Shown here in pieces: positions 26,123-36,169 of a stretch of 64,000 bases of DNA. Below the pieces are notes generated by a model. It was not told the origin of the DNA. It ran no database searches and saw nothing but the letters and a program-made list of their open reading frames with translations. Both the position numbers and the translations under genes were made by a program. Within the stretch, counting starts at the first letter, position 1. Each line of letters opens with the position of its first letter. This DNA comes from Chlamydiales bacterium (GTDB lineage Bacteria > Chlamydiota > Chlamydiia > Chlamydiales > JAAKFR01), in assembly GCA_020831465.1 (NCBI GenBank), contig JAFIGI010000012.1, forward strand, positions 2,073-66,072, given 5' to 3'.

Positions 26123-27034
26123 TTAAGTGTAGACGATCTCTAAAAATATGTACACAAGAGGAGCCGTAAAAAGCAACGAATCAATCATATCGAGAATTCC
26201 ACCGACTCCGGGTATCGAGTTGCTGTCCTTAACTCCGGCATCTCGCTTTAAAAGCGATTCGGCTAAATCCCCCATCTGCCCGAGCACGCCCATTAGGCAC
26301 CCGAGCCAAAGTGATTGCACATAGGTAAAGCCTCCTAAAACTCCTCCTACCTTCCTTCCTAGAAAACAGATCAAAAGGCTCATCGCAATCGAAGCGGCAA
26401 GACCCCCTAAGGCCCCCTCTAAAGTTTTATTAGGGCTTAATCGATGAGCAAGCTTCCGTTTTCCGAAGTAACTGCCGATGAAGTAGCCTCCGACATCAGC
26501 GCTTTTTGTGGTGGCGATCAAATAGACGATCCACCAACTCCCCTGAAATTGAGGATCTTCCACCCCATCGAATGAGAAAAAATAGATCACACGGACAAAA
26601 AGTCCCAGTGGAATGGCAATATAGACGATTCCGAAAAAGGAGGTGGCAATATTTAAAAGGGGGGAATTCGGGATCGCGGTAAAGTAGGCGAAACAAGCGA
26701 AAAAGGCAATTCCCAAGATAATCTCGGGAAGATGGTGCCAAAGGTAGGGATAATGGGGATAGGGCGCCTGTGTTTTGAAAAAAACGGCGAAAATATATAA
26801 AACGGCAGCCGTAACACTAAGGGCAACCGCCGGAGTCAGCTCTTTCCTTTTTAACAACCGATTGTATTCCCAGATGGCAATCGAGGCAATTGCGGCAATA
26901 GCAGCGGTAAAGAGCCAGCGAAGCGGATTCACTTCAGCTAAAAAAATAAAGAGAGCGATCAGAAGGGCGCTAAGGCCATTGATCAACGTTCTTTGTGTTA
27001 AATCTTTCGCTTTTCTAAGATTTTTTTTGCTCAT
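26123..27034 (-). CDS. cdsA: phosphatidate cytidylyltransferase
   Basis: 303 aa and polytopic. The C-terminal SLLKRDAGVKDSNSIPGVGGILDMIDS resembles the CdsA signature, with V in place of the usual H and M in place of R/K. Confidence 0.85.
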   Translation of the reverse strand: MSKKNLRKAKDLTQRTLINGLSALLIALFIFLAEVNPLRWLFTAAIAAIASIAIWEYNRLLKRKELTPAVALSVTAAVLYIFAVFFKTQAPYPHYPYLWHHLPEIILGIAFFACFAYFTAIPNSPLLNIATSFFGIVYIAIPLGLFVRVIYFFSFDGVEDPQFQGSWWIVYLIATTKSADVGGYFIGSYFGKRKLAHRLSPNKTLEGALGGLAASIAMSLLICFLGRKVGGVLGGFTYVQSLWLGCLMGVLGQMGDLAESLLKRDAGVKDSNSIPGVGGILDMIDSLLFTAPLVYIFLEIVYT

Positions 27035-27795
27035 TTACCTAAGCGTCGAGTTCGTTTTTGAAAATCTAGCACAGCATCCATTAGATCGCGAGGGGTAAAG
27101 TCGGGCCACAAAACCTCGGTGGTATAAACTTCGGTATAGGCAAGCTGCCAGAGAAGGAAATTGCTGATACGCTTCTCTCCGCTAGTCCGGATCAGCAATT
27201 CAGGATCGCGATAAGGGGCTGTATCCAAATAGCTGTTGATCACCTCTTCGGTAACCTCCTCTTTTTCCAAATCCCCCCGTTCAATCGCCCCCATCATCGA
27301 GAGAAGGGCCCGGCGCATCTCATCGCGCGCCCCGTAATTCATCGCTAACACAAGGTCGATTGTCGATCCCCTGGTCGTTGCTTCGCGGGTTTTTTCGATC
27401 TCGTCTTTAACACTTTGGGGAAAGGGGGTGAGATCGCCTATCGTCCCAAATCTGACCCCCATCTCGATCATTCTTGCGCGGTTTTCACGCAAATAGGTTT
27501 TGAAAATCGTAAAGAGCGTTTGGATTTCCAGCTTTGGGCGCTTCCAATTCTCTGTGGAAAAGCTGTAGACCGTCAGAACTTTTACACCCAAATCGGAGGC
27601 TGCCTCTAAAATTGTGGTGACGATCGATGCCCCGGCCCAATGCCCCTTCATCGGATTCAAACAGGATTGGCGCCTCGCCCACCGTCGGTTTCCATCGGGA
27701 ATAATTGCGATATGTTGAGGCACAGGATGGCGCTGAACCAAATAGAGCTCCTCATCGGAATAAAAAGAAGAGTGGACAGCGCACTCAAAAGACAC
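27031..27795 (-). CDS. uppS: undecaprenyl diphosphate synthase
   Basis: 254 aa. HIAIIPDGNRRWA and RTSGEKRISNFLLWQLAYTE are UppS motifs. Confidence 0.93.
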   Translation of the reverse strand: MSFECAVHSSFYSDEELYLVQRHPVPQHIAIIPDGNRRWARRQSCLNPMKGHWAGASIVTTILEAASDLGVKVLTVYSFSTENWKRPKLEIQTLFTIFKTYLRENRARMIEMGVRFGTIGDLTPFPQSVKDEIEKTREATTRGSTIDLVLAMNYGARDEMRRALLSMMGAIERGDLEKEEVTEEVINSYLDTAPYRDPELLIRTSGEKRISNFLLWQLAYTEVYTTEVLWPDFTPRDLMDAVLDFQKRTRRLGK

Positions 27796-29017
27796 CGCTT
27801 ACCTCTTTTTCTTCAACAAAAATATCGCGCATCATCACAGCGCATTCCCGGCCGGGCCCCATCGACAAGAGGCTGATTGGCACGCTCAACAACGATTCAA
27901 TGCATCTTAAGTAATGCTTTGCATTGGGCGGTAGGTCGTTGAAATCGGTAATCCCCCTCAAAGAGGTCCGCCACCCCGGGAACGTTTCGTAAATCGGTTC
28001 CAATTCTTCAAAAGCTTCGGGATCTTTAGGGAGGCAGTGGCAAGGGCTTCCGCGCAAACGATAGCCTACGCACATTTTAATCGATTTCAACCGGTCGAGC
28101 ATGTCGAGCTTGGTGAGCGCGATCGAATCGATCCCGTTTAATCGGATCGACTCGCGCGCCAGAACAATGTCGAACCATCCCAGACGCCGTTTTGAACAAG
28201 AGGAAAGGTCGGGGATATTCAAATCATCTTCGGTAGGCAGCGGTCCTTCCCCGACCCTCGTCGTGTAGGCCTTGAAAACACCTAATGTGTGGTCAATCCG
28301 TGTCGGCCCGATTCCCGCACCGTACAAGACTCCTGCAGCGGTTGTCAAAGAGGGAGCTACGAAGGGATAAGTTCCGTAAGTCGGATCCAAAAAAGTGCCC
28401 TGAGCACCTTCGAATACGACGGCTTCTCGTTTGCGCAGAGCCGTATCGATCATCTCCTCTACATTTCCTGTGAAGGGCAACAGGCATTCGCCAAATCTCC
28501 GATAGCGTTCGAATAGGGCTTCAAAAGCTATGGGTTCCTCAATCTGCTTATTTTTGACTGGAAGAATCCGTTCAAGAGCTCTTTTCAGAAGAGGCGGACG
28601 GACCAGATCGGCGATTCTAATGCCTTGCCGGTTAAGTTTGTCGGCAATACAGGAGACGATTTCTTGGCTACTTTCTTTATGATAGGAGTTCCTACCATGG
28701 TAGGGAAAGATCACATGGGCCGCTTCCGAAAGAAAGAGGCGTCCCTCTAATTGGATCTCCTGCCCTTTGAGATACTCTATCTCGCCCAGCAACGCTTCAG
28801 GATCGACTAGAGTCCCTGCAGCAATATAACACTGGGTATGAGGCGCTGTAATCCCTGAAGGAACCAAATAGAGTTCCCTATCTCCCTCTGCCGTATGGTT
28901 TTCGTTAGGGCCTCCCTGAGCCCGCACAACATGCCGCGCCTTGGCCGTCAACAGATCGACAACCCTTCCCTTCCCCTCATCGCCACATTGAGCTCCAACA
29001 ACTATGATAGCCGGCAT
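27785..29017 (-). CDS. adenylosuccinate synthetase-like protein (divergent)
   Basis: 410 aa. P-loop VVGAQCGDEGKG, FEGAQGTFLD, TRVGEGPLPTE, TKLDMLD and SMGPGR are conserved. The IGTTGRGIGP and GATTGRRRR regions of canonical PurA are not recognisable. Confidence 0.7.
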   Translation of the reverse strand: MPAIIVVGAQCGDEGKGRVVDLLTAKARHVVRAQGGPNENHTAEGDRELYLVPSGITAPHTQCYIAAGTLVDPEALLGEIEYLKGQEIQLEGRLFLSEAAHVIFPYHGRNSYHKESSQEIVSCIADKLNRQGIRIADLVRPPLLKRALERILPVKNKQIEEPIAFEALFERYRRFGECLLPFTGNVEEMIDTALRKREAVVFEGAQGTFLDPTYGTYPFVAPSLTTAAGVLYGAGIGPTRIDHTLGVFKAYTTRVGEGPLPTEDDLNIPDLSSCSKRRLGWFDIVLARESIRLNGIDSIALTKLDMLDRLKSIKMCVGYRLRGSPCHCLPKDPEAFEELEPIYETFPGWRTSLRGITDFNDLPPNAKHYLRCIESLLSVPISLLSMGPGRECAVMMRDIFVEEKEVSGVF

Positions 29018-29107
29018 CTAAATAAAAAAATTTGTCTATTTTCTATGAGCGTTCAAAAATACACAACGATTTAATAAGAAGCCAGCCTTAAATAGTTACT
29101 AAGGAGA

Positions 29108-29137
29108 TTGACAGATAGGGGTGCGAAGTGCTATCTT
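29108..29137 (+). promoter_or_regulatory. candidate promoter of secDF
   Basis: TTGACA (29108-29113), an 18-nt spacer, then TATCTT (29132-29137), about 30 nt upstream of the secDF ATG. This is pattern only. Confidence 0.3.
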
Positions 29138-29168
29138 TTCAGAATTATTATAGAAAAAGGTACTATCC

Positions 29169-32100
29169 ATGGAAAAACGGAAACGGTGGCAACTCTTTCT
29201 CATCTTAGCGGTTGTTTTTCTTACCATTTACAACATTCTCCCAACTATTTTTTATTATGCGCAGCCCCTCAAAAAGCCGATTGGCCCCTCAGAAGCCGAA
29301 AGAGTCGCTAGCGGCATCGTCGAACGTGTGAACAGTTTGGAAGACTTTACACTTTCATGGTTGAGAGCGCAAAGTAAAAATTTGGGAATAAAACCTATTG
29401 AAATCACTCTGGATGAAGAGGATCCGCGCCTGGCACGGATTGTCTTTCGTAAACCGGAAGAGGCCGATTTTTTTACAAAAACACTCTACCGCGCCGGTTC
29501 TTTAATTCCTTTCGTCCCCGCTCAACTATCGCCCTCTCCCTCCTCTCCAAAGAACGGGGAGACGACAGTCGTCGTACAAAGGCGTATCGGTGTCCGTTTC
29601 GATCCCGCGATGCTGGAGAGCTACTTTGCCTTTGTCCCCAAGACCACCGAGGAGGGAGATGTCTCTCCCGAGTACCGCCGGCTGATCAACGACCGGGCCG
29701 CCTCTCTTGCACTCGGTTTCGGAGGGGTGAGTGAACCGGGCAGGATTGTCAACGAAGTCAGCCAGGGGCGCGGAAGCGAAGATGAGATCATCCGCCTCGC
29801 GCGCACTATCGTGGAATATGAAAATGCCTTCGGAGATCAAAGTCCTATCACCGAACGGTACTACGCGAGCTTCACTCAAGTTCCCCCCTCGCTCTCAAAA
29901 GCCGATCTTGTACAAAAGTTCGCGGCAAGGTTAGAGAATGTCAGCCAAAGGCTCGGTTCGCGTATCGGCAAAATGAAAGAGGAGCAGAAGAAGCTTCAGG
30001 AAGAAGGAAAGTTTTTCGACTCTGTCCAGCAGCAACGTCTTGAAGTTTTCGAAAGCCAGAAAAATATCGTCGATTCAGCCGCTACGATCGTACGCCGCAA
30101 CAGCGCCGCCTTTGAAAAGGGAGCCTCTCCGCTCGTCAAAGAGGAGGTTCTCAAATCATTGAGAGCCGCTCCGATTCCCGACGACAAAGTCCAAACAATC
30201 GAAATCGGCGAGCGCAATCCTTTTGTAAAATCAATTGAAATCGACTGGAACAAGGACCAGCTGCAACTCACTTTGCACTCGGAAGTAAATAGGATACGCA
30301 CGCTAGACGCGACAACGGAAGTTGATGCGATCCGTCAAGAAAAGCTGACTCAGCTTCTCTACAACGAAATTGCCGCTGCTTCACGCGCCTCCGATGAAAC
30401 CGTCAAACCTTCTCTCACCAGTTTCGTAGTCACCCTCAACAAACTCACCGGGAGCTCCAGTCTTCTGACGCTTGATATTGGAAAGATAGCCGAAATGCAA
30501 TCCCAGACTATCGAACACATGCTCTCGACAAGCTGGCAGCCGAAAGAGGGAGAGCTCTCCAGCAAAGCCTACCCCATTTATACATACGAAGAGTTCAAAA
30601 ATCTACCTCCCCAGGAACAAAAACTGGGATTCCTTATCTATGCCCCGGCAATGGAGAGGATAAGCGGAGAGGGTTTCCGGAACAGCTCGATTTATGTGAT
30701 TGCCCGTGGACTCGATACCATTCGGCAAAAGTATCAAGACCTTCCTGACAGTCCCGAAAAAACGGCTTTTGAAAAGGAGTTCCATGCCCTCCAGGAGCTA
30801 ATGCGTCAAAACGGATTCATCGCCTATTCCGGTGCGGCCTCTGCTTTGCCTGCAACCTATAAGAACGACTACATCTTCGAACTTGACGACTACTACTCCT
30901 ATTTGCTGGCAGCCACTCGCGAAGATTTTTCGATTAAAGGAAGTAAAGAGTACGCCGTTTTAGAATTCACCGACGTTGAGCAACGGATTCTGACCCTTAA
31001 TAAAATCGAGACCCGGATCCACGAAGATCTTGTCAAATGGCGTGACGAATACCGCCAGGCTCGCGTCTCTGTCGATCCAAAAGCAAAATACGACGTGCCC
31101 CCTCCGACTCAAAATGTTCTCTTGAACAATTTAAGACTTAGTTTCGTTAAATATTTCCGCGGAGACGAGCGCAAAATCATCAAGTGGGGACTCGATTTGT
31201 CTGGCGGAAAGACAGTCCGTGTCGGCTTACGCGACCAGAGCAACCAGCCGATTACCAACGAAGCAGACCTCAAGCAGGCAGTCAATGAACTTTACAGCCG
31301 CGTCAATAGGTTGGGTGTTTCCGAGGTCGGGATACGGATCGAGGGATCGACAATCGTCCTCGATTTTCCCGGATCTCAGGCGCTTTCTGCAACCGACTTG
31401 ATTCAAGCCTCGGCCATGCAATTCCATGTCGTGAACGAGAAGTTTACCGCAAATAACCCCACCCTTGCCGAAGCCGTCAACACTTTCCTTGAAGAGGTGT
31501 GGAATGAAGCGGTTATTACTAACCGGACCGATCCTGAAAACCTCAATGAAATCGCGTGGCAGCACTTAGGGGGAGATTCTGAAAACCCCGATGAATTCCA
31601 TCCACTAACGAGCCATGCCCAGCTGCTCTATGAACACGGACTGCGGTTTGCGGGTCCAAAAGCGCCGCCAAGTTCGGGCGCTTTCGACGACTCGCTCTCT
31701 GCGATCTCGATTTTCCGTGGTTCCGACTATGCCGACTGGCAAGGACAGACCTATCCCCTTCTGATCGTCTTCCGCAATTACGCCCTTGAGGGTTCGAATT
31801 TGGAGAACGTCCAGACAGGATATGACCCCTCCGAGGGTAATACTCTTTATTTTGGTGTAAAAGGCGCCTATACCGGCAAAACCGGCGAAAGGATCAATCC
31901 GCGGGATGACTTCTATACGTGGACCTCGCAATTCTCCGAAGAGAAAATTGCAGGGACGACTAAGGAAGCCTTCACACGTGGCAGAGGTTGGCGTATGGCG
32001 GTAGTCCTTAACGGCTCGATCATCAGCGCCCCAGCCCTTAATTCTCCCTTGCGCGATAGCGCCCGCATCACAGGACATTTCTCGCAAAGAGAGATCAACC

Positions 32101-33719
32101 AGCTTGCTGCAGACCTCAAAGCGGGATCACTTAGCTTCACGCCGCATATTCTCTCCGAGGAAAACGTAAGCCCAGATCTTGGAAAGGAGCAGCGCACACA
32201 AGGTATCTTAGCTGCAGTCCTCGGCCTCTTTCTCGTCTTTCTGGTCATGATCTCTTATTATCGGTTCAGTGGTGTTGTTGCTTGCCTCGCCGTCGTCTTT
32301 AACCTGCTCATTATTTGGGGAGTGCTACAAAACCTAGGGGCCGCCCTTACCTTGCCGAGCATTGCGGGAATTATCCTGGCGGTCGGCATGTCCGTTGACG
32401 CCAACGTCCTGGTTTTTGAGCGGATACGCGAAGAGTTCTCCCTCTCTAAGAGGCTTCCCATAGCCGTCGCTGCCGGCTACCGGAAAGCCTTCAGCGCGAT
32501 TGTCGACTCGAACCTGACTACCATTATCGCGGCGATCATTCTACTTAACTTCGACTCGGGACCAATCAAAGGTTTCGCCCTTACGTTGATTATCGGGATT
32601 GTCTCTTCAATGTTTACCTCTCTATTTGTCACACGCTTCTTCTTCTCAGAATGGGTGCAAAATCCAAAACACAAAGAGTTGAAGATGGCACGCCTTTTCG
32701 GACAGACAAAGATCGACTTTCTCAAGAGAGCCCGCCTAGCGATCACGCTTTCAATCATCTTGATCATTGGAGGCGGCTTCTTTCTGGCGAAAGAACGCGA
32801 AACGATCTTCGGTATGGACTTTACCGGCGGCTATGCGCTGACGCTTGACCTCAAAGAGCAACCGGATATGAACTACCGCCTTGCCGCTGAAAACGCACTT
32901 AACGAAGCAGGAGCCGCTCCAAGCGACTTCCAAATCCAAGAGCTTAATAAGCCGAACCAGCTGCGCATTCAGTTAGGAACCAGCATGGAACAAGAAGGAA
33001 AACCATTCTACAACCTCGATGAGAAACCGCCCGTTGAAAATGCTCTCTTCACCTACGAGAACAATCCGCGTATTGTCTGGATTGTGGATGCACTCGAAAG
33101 AGGTGGCCTCGAATTGAATCCGGCCTCTCTGCCGGAGCTCAACCTCCATTGGACAGAGATGAGCGGGCAGCTTTCCGAAACTATGCGTAACCAGGCATTG
33201 ATCGGCCTCGGGCTGGCGTTGCTTTGCATTTTGATCTATATCACCTTCCGGTTCGAATTCAAGTACGCGATCAGCGCGACCCTGGCGCTGGCTCACGACC
33301 TTTTGATTACATTGGGCCTACTCGCCCTTCTGCACCTATTCTTCGAAGGGATTCGCATCGATCTTCAAGTCATCGCTGCCTTAATGACAATTGTCGGTTA
33401 TTCATTGAACGATACGATTATCATCTTCGACAGGATTCGAGAAGACATCAGGGTTCTCAGAAAGCTTTCATTCGCGGAGATCGTCAATCACGCCTTGAAT
33501 GCGACTTTGAGTCGGACCGTCATGACTTCCGGAACGACACTAGTTGTCTTGCTTGCACTTGTCATTTTTGGCGGGAGCTCAATCTTCAATTTTGCCCTGA
33601 TTATGACTCTGGGCGTAGGCGTCGGAACGCTTTCATCGCTCTATGTCGCCGCTCCACTTCTGCTCTATTTCCAAAAGCGAGAAGAGAGTAAAGCAGCCGC
33701 ATCCACCAAGAACGCATAA
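29169..33719 (+). CDS. secDF: SecD/SecF fusion protein-export membrane protein
   Basis: 1516 aa. A long periplasmic N-terminal region is followed by two SecD/SecF-type 6-TM modules (GIILAVGMSVDANVLVFERIRE and VGYSLNDTIIIFDRIRE). Giant SecDF fusions are typical of Chlamydiae. Confidence 0.9.
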   Translation: MEKRKRWQLFLILAVVFLTIYNILPTIFYYAQPLKKPIGPSEAERVASGIVERVNSLEDFTLSWLRAQSKNLGIKPIEITLDEEDPRLARIVFRKPEEADFFTKTLYRAGSLIPFVPAQLSPSPSSPKNGETTVVVQRRIGVRFDPAMLESYFAFVPKTTEEGDVSPEYRRLINDRAASLALGFGGVSEPGRIVNEVSQGRGSEDEIIRLARTIVEYENAFGDQSPITERYYASFTQVPPSLSKADLVQKFAARLENVSQRLGSRIGKMKEEQKKLQEEGKFFDSVQQQRLEVFESQKNIVDSAATIVRRNSAAFEKGASPLVKEEVLKSLRAAPIPDDKVQTIEIGERNPFVKSIEIDWNKDQLQLTLHSEVNRIRTLDATTEVDAIRQEKLTQLLYNEIAAASRASDETVKPSLTSFVVTLNKLTGSSSLLTLDIGKIAEMQSQTIEHMLSTSWQPKEGELSSKAYPIYTYEEFKNLPPQEQKLGFLIYAPAMERISGEGFRNSSIYVIARGLDTIRQKYQDLPDSPEKTAFEKEFHALQELMRQNGFIAYSGAASALPATYKNDYIFELDDYYSYLLAATREDFSIKGSKEYAVLEFTDVEQRILTLNKIETRIHEDLVKWRDEYRQARVSVDPKAKYDVPPPTQNVLLNNLRLSFVKYFRGDERKIIKWGLDLSGGKTVRVGLRDQSNQPITNEADLKQAVNELYSRVNRLGVSEVGIRIEGSTIVLDFPGSQALSATDLIQASAMQFHVVNEKFTANNPTLAEAVNTFLEEVWNEAVITNRTDPENLNEIAWQHLGGDSENPDEFHPLTSHAQLLYEHGLRFAGPKAPPSSGAFDDSLSAISIFRGSDYADWQGQTYPLLIVFRNYALEGSNLENVQTGYDPSEGNTLYFGVKGAYTGKTGERINPRDDFYTWTSQFSEEKIAGTTKEAFTRGRGWRMAVVLNGSIISAPALNSPLRDSARITGHFSQREINQLAADLKAGSLSFTPHILSEENVSPDLGKEQRTQGILAAVLGLFLVFLVMISYYRFSGVVACLAVVFNLLIIWGVLQNLGAALTLPSIAGIILAVGMSVDANVLVFERIREEFSLSKRLPIAVAAGYRKAFSAIVDSNLTTIIAAIILLNFDSGPIKGFALTLIIGIVSSMFTSLFVTRFFFSEWVQNPKHKELKMARLFGQTKIDFLKRARLAITLSIILIIGGGFFLAKERETIFGMDFTGGYALTLDLKEQPDMNYRLAAENALNEAGAAPSDFQIQELNKPNQLRIQLGTSMEQEGKPFYNLDEKPPVENALFTYENNPRIVWIVDALERGGLELNPASLPELNLHWTEMSGQLSETMRNQALIGLGLALLCILIYITFRFEFKYAISATLALAHDLLITLGLLALLHLFFEGIRIDLQVIAALMTIVGYSLNDTIIIFDRIREDIRVLRKLSFAEIVNHALNATLSRTVMTSGTTLVVLLALVIFGGSSIFNFALIMTLGVGVGTLSSLYVAAPLLLYFQKREESKAAASTKNA

Positions 33720-33827
33720 CAAGAAAGCCTAAAACGCGGAAAAGAGTGGCCAACTGGATGATTGCTTGCTATCATGACACATTCTTACTAGGCGCGCGTC
33801 CTAACGCGACCTTTGACATGAGTTAAT

Positions 33828-35558
33828 ATGGAGTCAACAAATGAACCGATCTGGATCTTTCCCGAGGAAAATCCATCCTGGTTAGAACAGATCATTCAAG
33901 AATTTCGCATCCATCCGATTACCGCGCAAATTCTCGTCTCGAGAGGATTTCCCACGCTTGGAGACATCCATCATTTTCTCTATAGTAAGTTGCCCGATCT
34001 TTATGATCCGAAGCAGTTTCTCGATATGCCAAAGGCGGTGAACCGCATCACGGGCGCAGTCAAAAACGGGGAGGGCATCCTCATTTATGGAGATAACGAT
34101 GTCGACGGAATGACCGGGACTGCGCTGCTAGCCGATTTTCTGAAGAAAATCGGTGGAAAAGTTTTCTATTATGTACCCAACCCCAATGTCCAGCGGGAAG
34201 GGCTTTTTCTAGACGCTCTGCAATTTGCTAAAGATCACAACTGTACGCTCATGATCACGGTTGATTGCGGGATCACGGCCTCCAAAGAAATCCAAAAAAT
34301 CATCAACGAAAAGATCGACGTGATCATCACCGACCACCATGAGCCAACCGATAAAATCCCCAACTGCATCGCCACCCTCAATCCTAAGCTCCTTAATCAG
34401 ACCTACCCAAACCGCGACTTGACAGGCGTAGGCGTCGCTTTTAAGCTGGCCCATGCCTTGACAAACCACCTGGCTTCTATAGAGGAGCTTCCGCCAAAAA
34501 AGATCGACCTCAAAGTATTTCTCGATCTCGTTGCCCTCGGAACGATTGCCGACATGGGCGTCCTTCTGGATGAAAACCGGATTCTCGTTCGATACGGAAT
34601 CAAGCAGCTGCAAAAGACGAAGCGGATGGGGCTGATCAAGCTTTTTTCTATCTGCGGTTTGGAGCGTAATGAGTTGAATGCTGTCGATGTTGCCTCTAAG
34701 ATCGCTCCGCGTATGAACAGCCTCGGAAGGGTTGCCGATCCAACTAAAGGGGTAGAACTTCTCCTCGTCCGCGACGAAAAGAAGGCAACCGAACTTGCCA
34801 AAGAACTCGATCTTTTTAATATGGAACGACAAAAAATCGAGCAGATCGTTTCGGGGGATGTAGAAAATACTTTGGAGGAGAACCCCTCAATCGTAGAAAA
34901 CAAAGCGATCGTCATCAGCTCTACTAACTGGCATCCGGGCGTCATCCCTATCATTTCGGCTCGCATCGCAAAGGTTTATAACAGGCCTGCCGTTATCATC
35001 GCGATCGACAACGGAATCGGAAAAGGGTCGATCCGCACCATCCGAGAATTTCCTCTTCTCCCCGTCCTAAAAAAATGCAGCGACCTCTTCCTCAACTATG
35101 GAGGGCACGACTTTGCTGCCGGCCTAACGATCAGAGAGGAGAATATCGAGAAATTTAAGAAGCGCTTCCTCCATGCGGCCAATTCTTCTCTGCGCGAACA
35201 AGATATTATTTCTAAACTTTACCTCGATGCCCATGCTAACTTTAAGGACCTAACCTACGATCTTCTTGCTTCCCTCGAGCTTTTCGAACCCTACGGCAAT
35301 GAAAACTCGCAGCCCATCCTCTATTGTGAAGCCAAACAGGCCTGGCCACCTAAAATCATCGGGGGAACACATCTCAAGCTCTATCTGGAGCAAGGGGACC
35401 GTATGCTGGAGGGAATCGCTTTCGGGATGGCTGAGCGGCGCACTCAATTAAGAAGAAAAGATCTCTCTCTCCGTATCGCCTACACTCCCCAAGTCAACCG
35501 TTTTCATAACAAAAGCAGCATTCAGCTACTCATCCGGGATTTTCAAATCCTCGAATAA
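33828..35558 (+). CDS. recJ: single-stranded-DNA-specific exonuclease RecJ
   Basis: 576 aa. DHH family motifs GDNDVDGMTG, VDCG and ITDHHEP. Confidence 0.9.
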   Translation: MESTNEPIWIFPEENPSWLEQIIQEFRIHPITAQILVSRGFPTLGDIHHFLYSKLPDLYDPKQFLDMPKAVNRITGAVKNGEGILIYGDNDVDGMTGTALLADFLKKIGGKVFYYVPNPNVQREGLFLDALQFAKDHNCTLMITVDCGITASKEIQKIINEKIDVIITDHHEPTDKIPNCIATLNPKLLNQTYPNRDLTGVGVAFKLAHALTNHLASIEELPPKKIDLKVFLDLVALGTIADMGVLLDENRILVRYGIKQLQKTKRMGLIKLFSICGLERNELNAVDVASKIAPRMNSLGRVADPTKGVELLLVRDEKKATELAKELDLFNMERQKIEQIVSGDVENTLEENPSIVENKAIVISSTNWHPGVIPIISARIAKVYNRPAVIIAIDNGIGKGSIRTIREFPLLPVLKKCSDLFLNYGGHDFAAGLTIREENIEKFKKRFLHAANSSLREQDIISKLYLDAHANFKDLTYDLLASLELFEPYGNENSQPILYCEAKQAWPPKIIGGTHLKLYLEQGDRMLEGIAFGMAERRTQLRRKDLSLRIAYTPQVNRFHNKSSIQLLIRDFQILE

Positions 35559-35632
35559 TATAGCAGAATGAGTTGAAAAATTTACCTTTTCACGCAGGTC
35601 AAAATGTAAATTTTTCAACTCATTCTGCTATA
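35559..35632. repeat. palindromic intergenic repeat, copy 3
   Basis: Arms TATAGCAGAATGAGTTGAAAAATTTACCTTTT (35559-35590) and AAAATGTAAATTTTTCAACTCATTCTGCTATA (35601-35632). It starts immediately after the recJ stop codon. Confidence 0.85.
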
Positions 35633-35643
35633 CCTATTGGTAT

Positions 35644-35675
35644 AAAAAAACGCCCATATTTAAAAATATGGACGT
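35644..35675 (-). terminator. rho-independent terminator downstream of the euo-like gene
   Basis: On the minus strand: ACGTCCATATTTTTAAATATGGGCGT hairpin followed by TTTTTTT (the A run at 35644-35650). Confidence 0.6.
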
Positions 35676-35695
35676 CTTAAGAGAAGGGAGCCGAA

Positions 35696-36169
35696 TTAGC
35701 TAGCTTGCTTTTGCTTAGACGCTTTCTTCTCTAGATATTCGCTTTTATAACGAGCGACTTCATCTTCATGGATAACCCAGGCGGCCCCTTTGCGAGAACC
35801 TTTGATCATCCCTGTACGCGTGGCGTAATAGATTTTTTGAGCCGGAACGCCAAGCATCTTAGCGACCTGATTAACGGAATAATACCCTTTTTGGTTATCA
35901 AAAAGTAATTCCCCGTCATACATAGACTTTGTGCGGGAATACTTGTTTTTGCGGTACTCCTCCAAATCTTTCAAATCGATTTCCCAACGGGTCTTTTTTG
36001 TCGCCTTAAGCTTTTTTTGCTTGATCGCGACATAAATCGCCTGTCTGGTTACTTGGTTGATTTTTGCAGCCTCTGTGATCGAAACGACCTTTCTATCTTC
36101 CGCATTTTGAGAAGAGGCCTCCGGATTCTCCAGAGCATGCAAACTTTGCATCTCTTTCATATCTTCCAT
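35696..36169 (-). CDS. euo: DNA-binding protein with two excisionase-type HTH repeats, Euo-like developmental regulator
   Basis: 157 aa with two similar HTH units (ITEAAKINQVTRQAIYVAIKQKKLKA and VNQVAKMLGVPAQKIYYATRTGMIKG). It lies next to recJ, as euo (CT446) does next to recJ (CT447) in C. trachomatis by my recollection. A 496-bp AT-rich upstream spacer follows. Confidence 0.6.
   Translation of the reverse strand: MEDMKEMQSLHALENPEASSQNAEDRKVVSITEAAKINQVTRQAIYVAIKQKKLKATKKTRWEIDLKDLEEYRKNKYSRTKSMYDGELLFDNQKGYYSVNQVAKMLGVPAQKIYYATRTGMIKGSRKGAAWVIHEDEVARYKSEYLEKKASKQKQAS

Noticed and set aside
26123-27034. The CdsA signature deviates from the consensus (PGVGGILDMID instead of PGHGG..DR.D).
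   Set aside because: I cannot tell from memory whether this deviation is the norm for chlamydial CdsA. Without an alignment it is not a supportable anomaly.
34209-34966. Two long minus-strand ORFs (207 and 187 aa) inside recJ. Similar antisense ORFs occur inside tsp (37818-38399), prfB (45950-46507), secDF and fusA.
   Set aside because: All are nested antisense to genes with unambiguous family motifs, and none shows a recognisable motif or start context.
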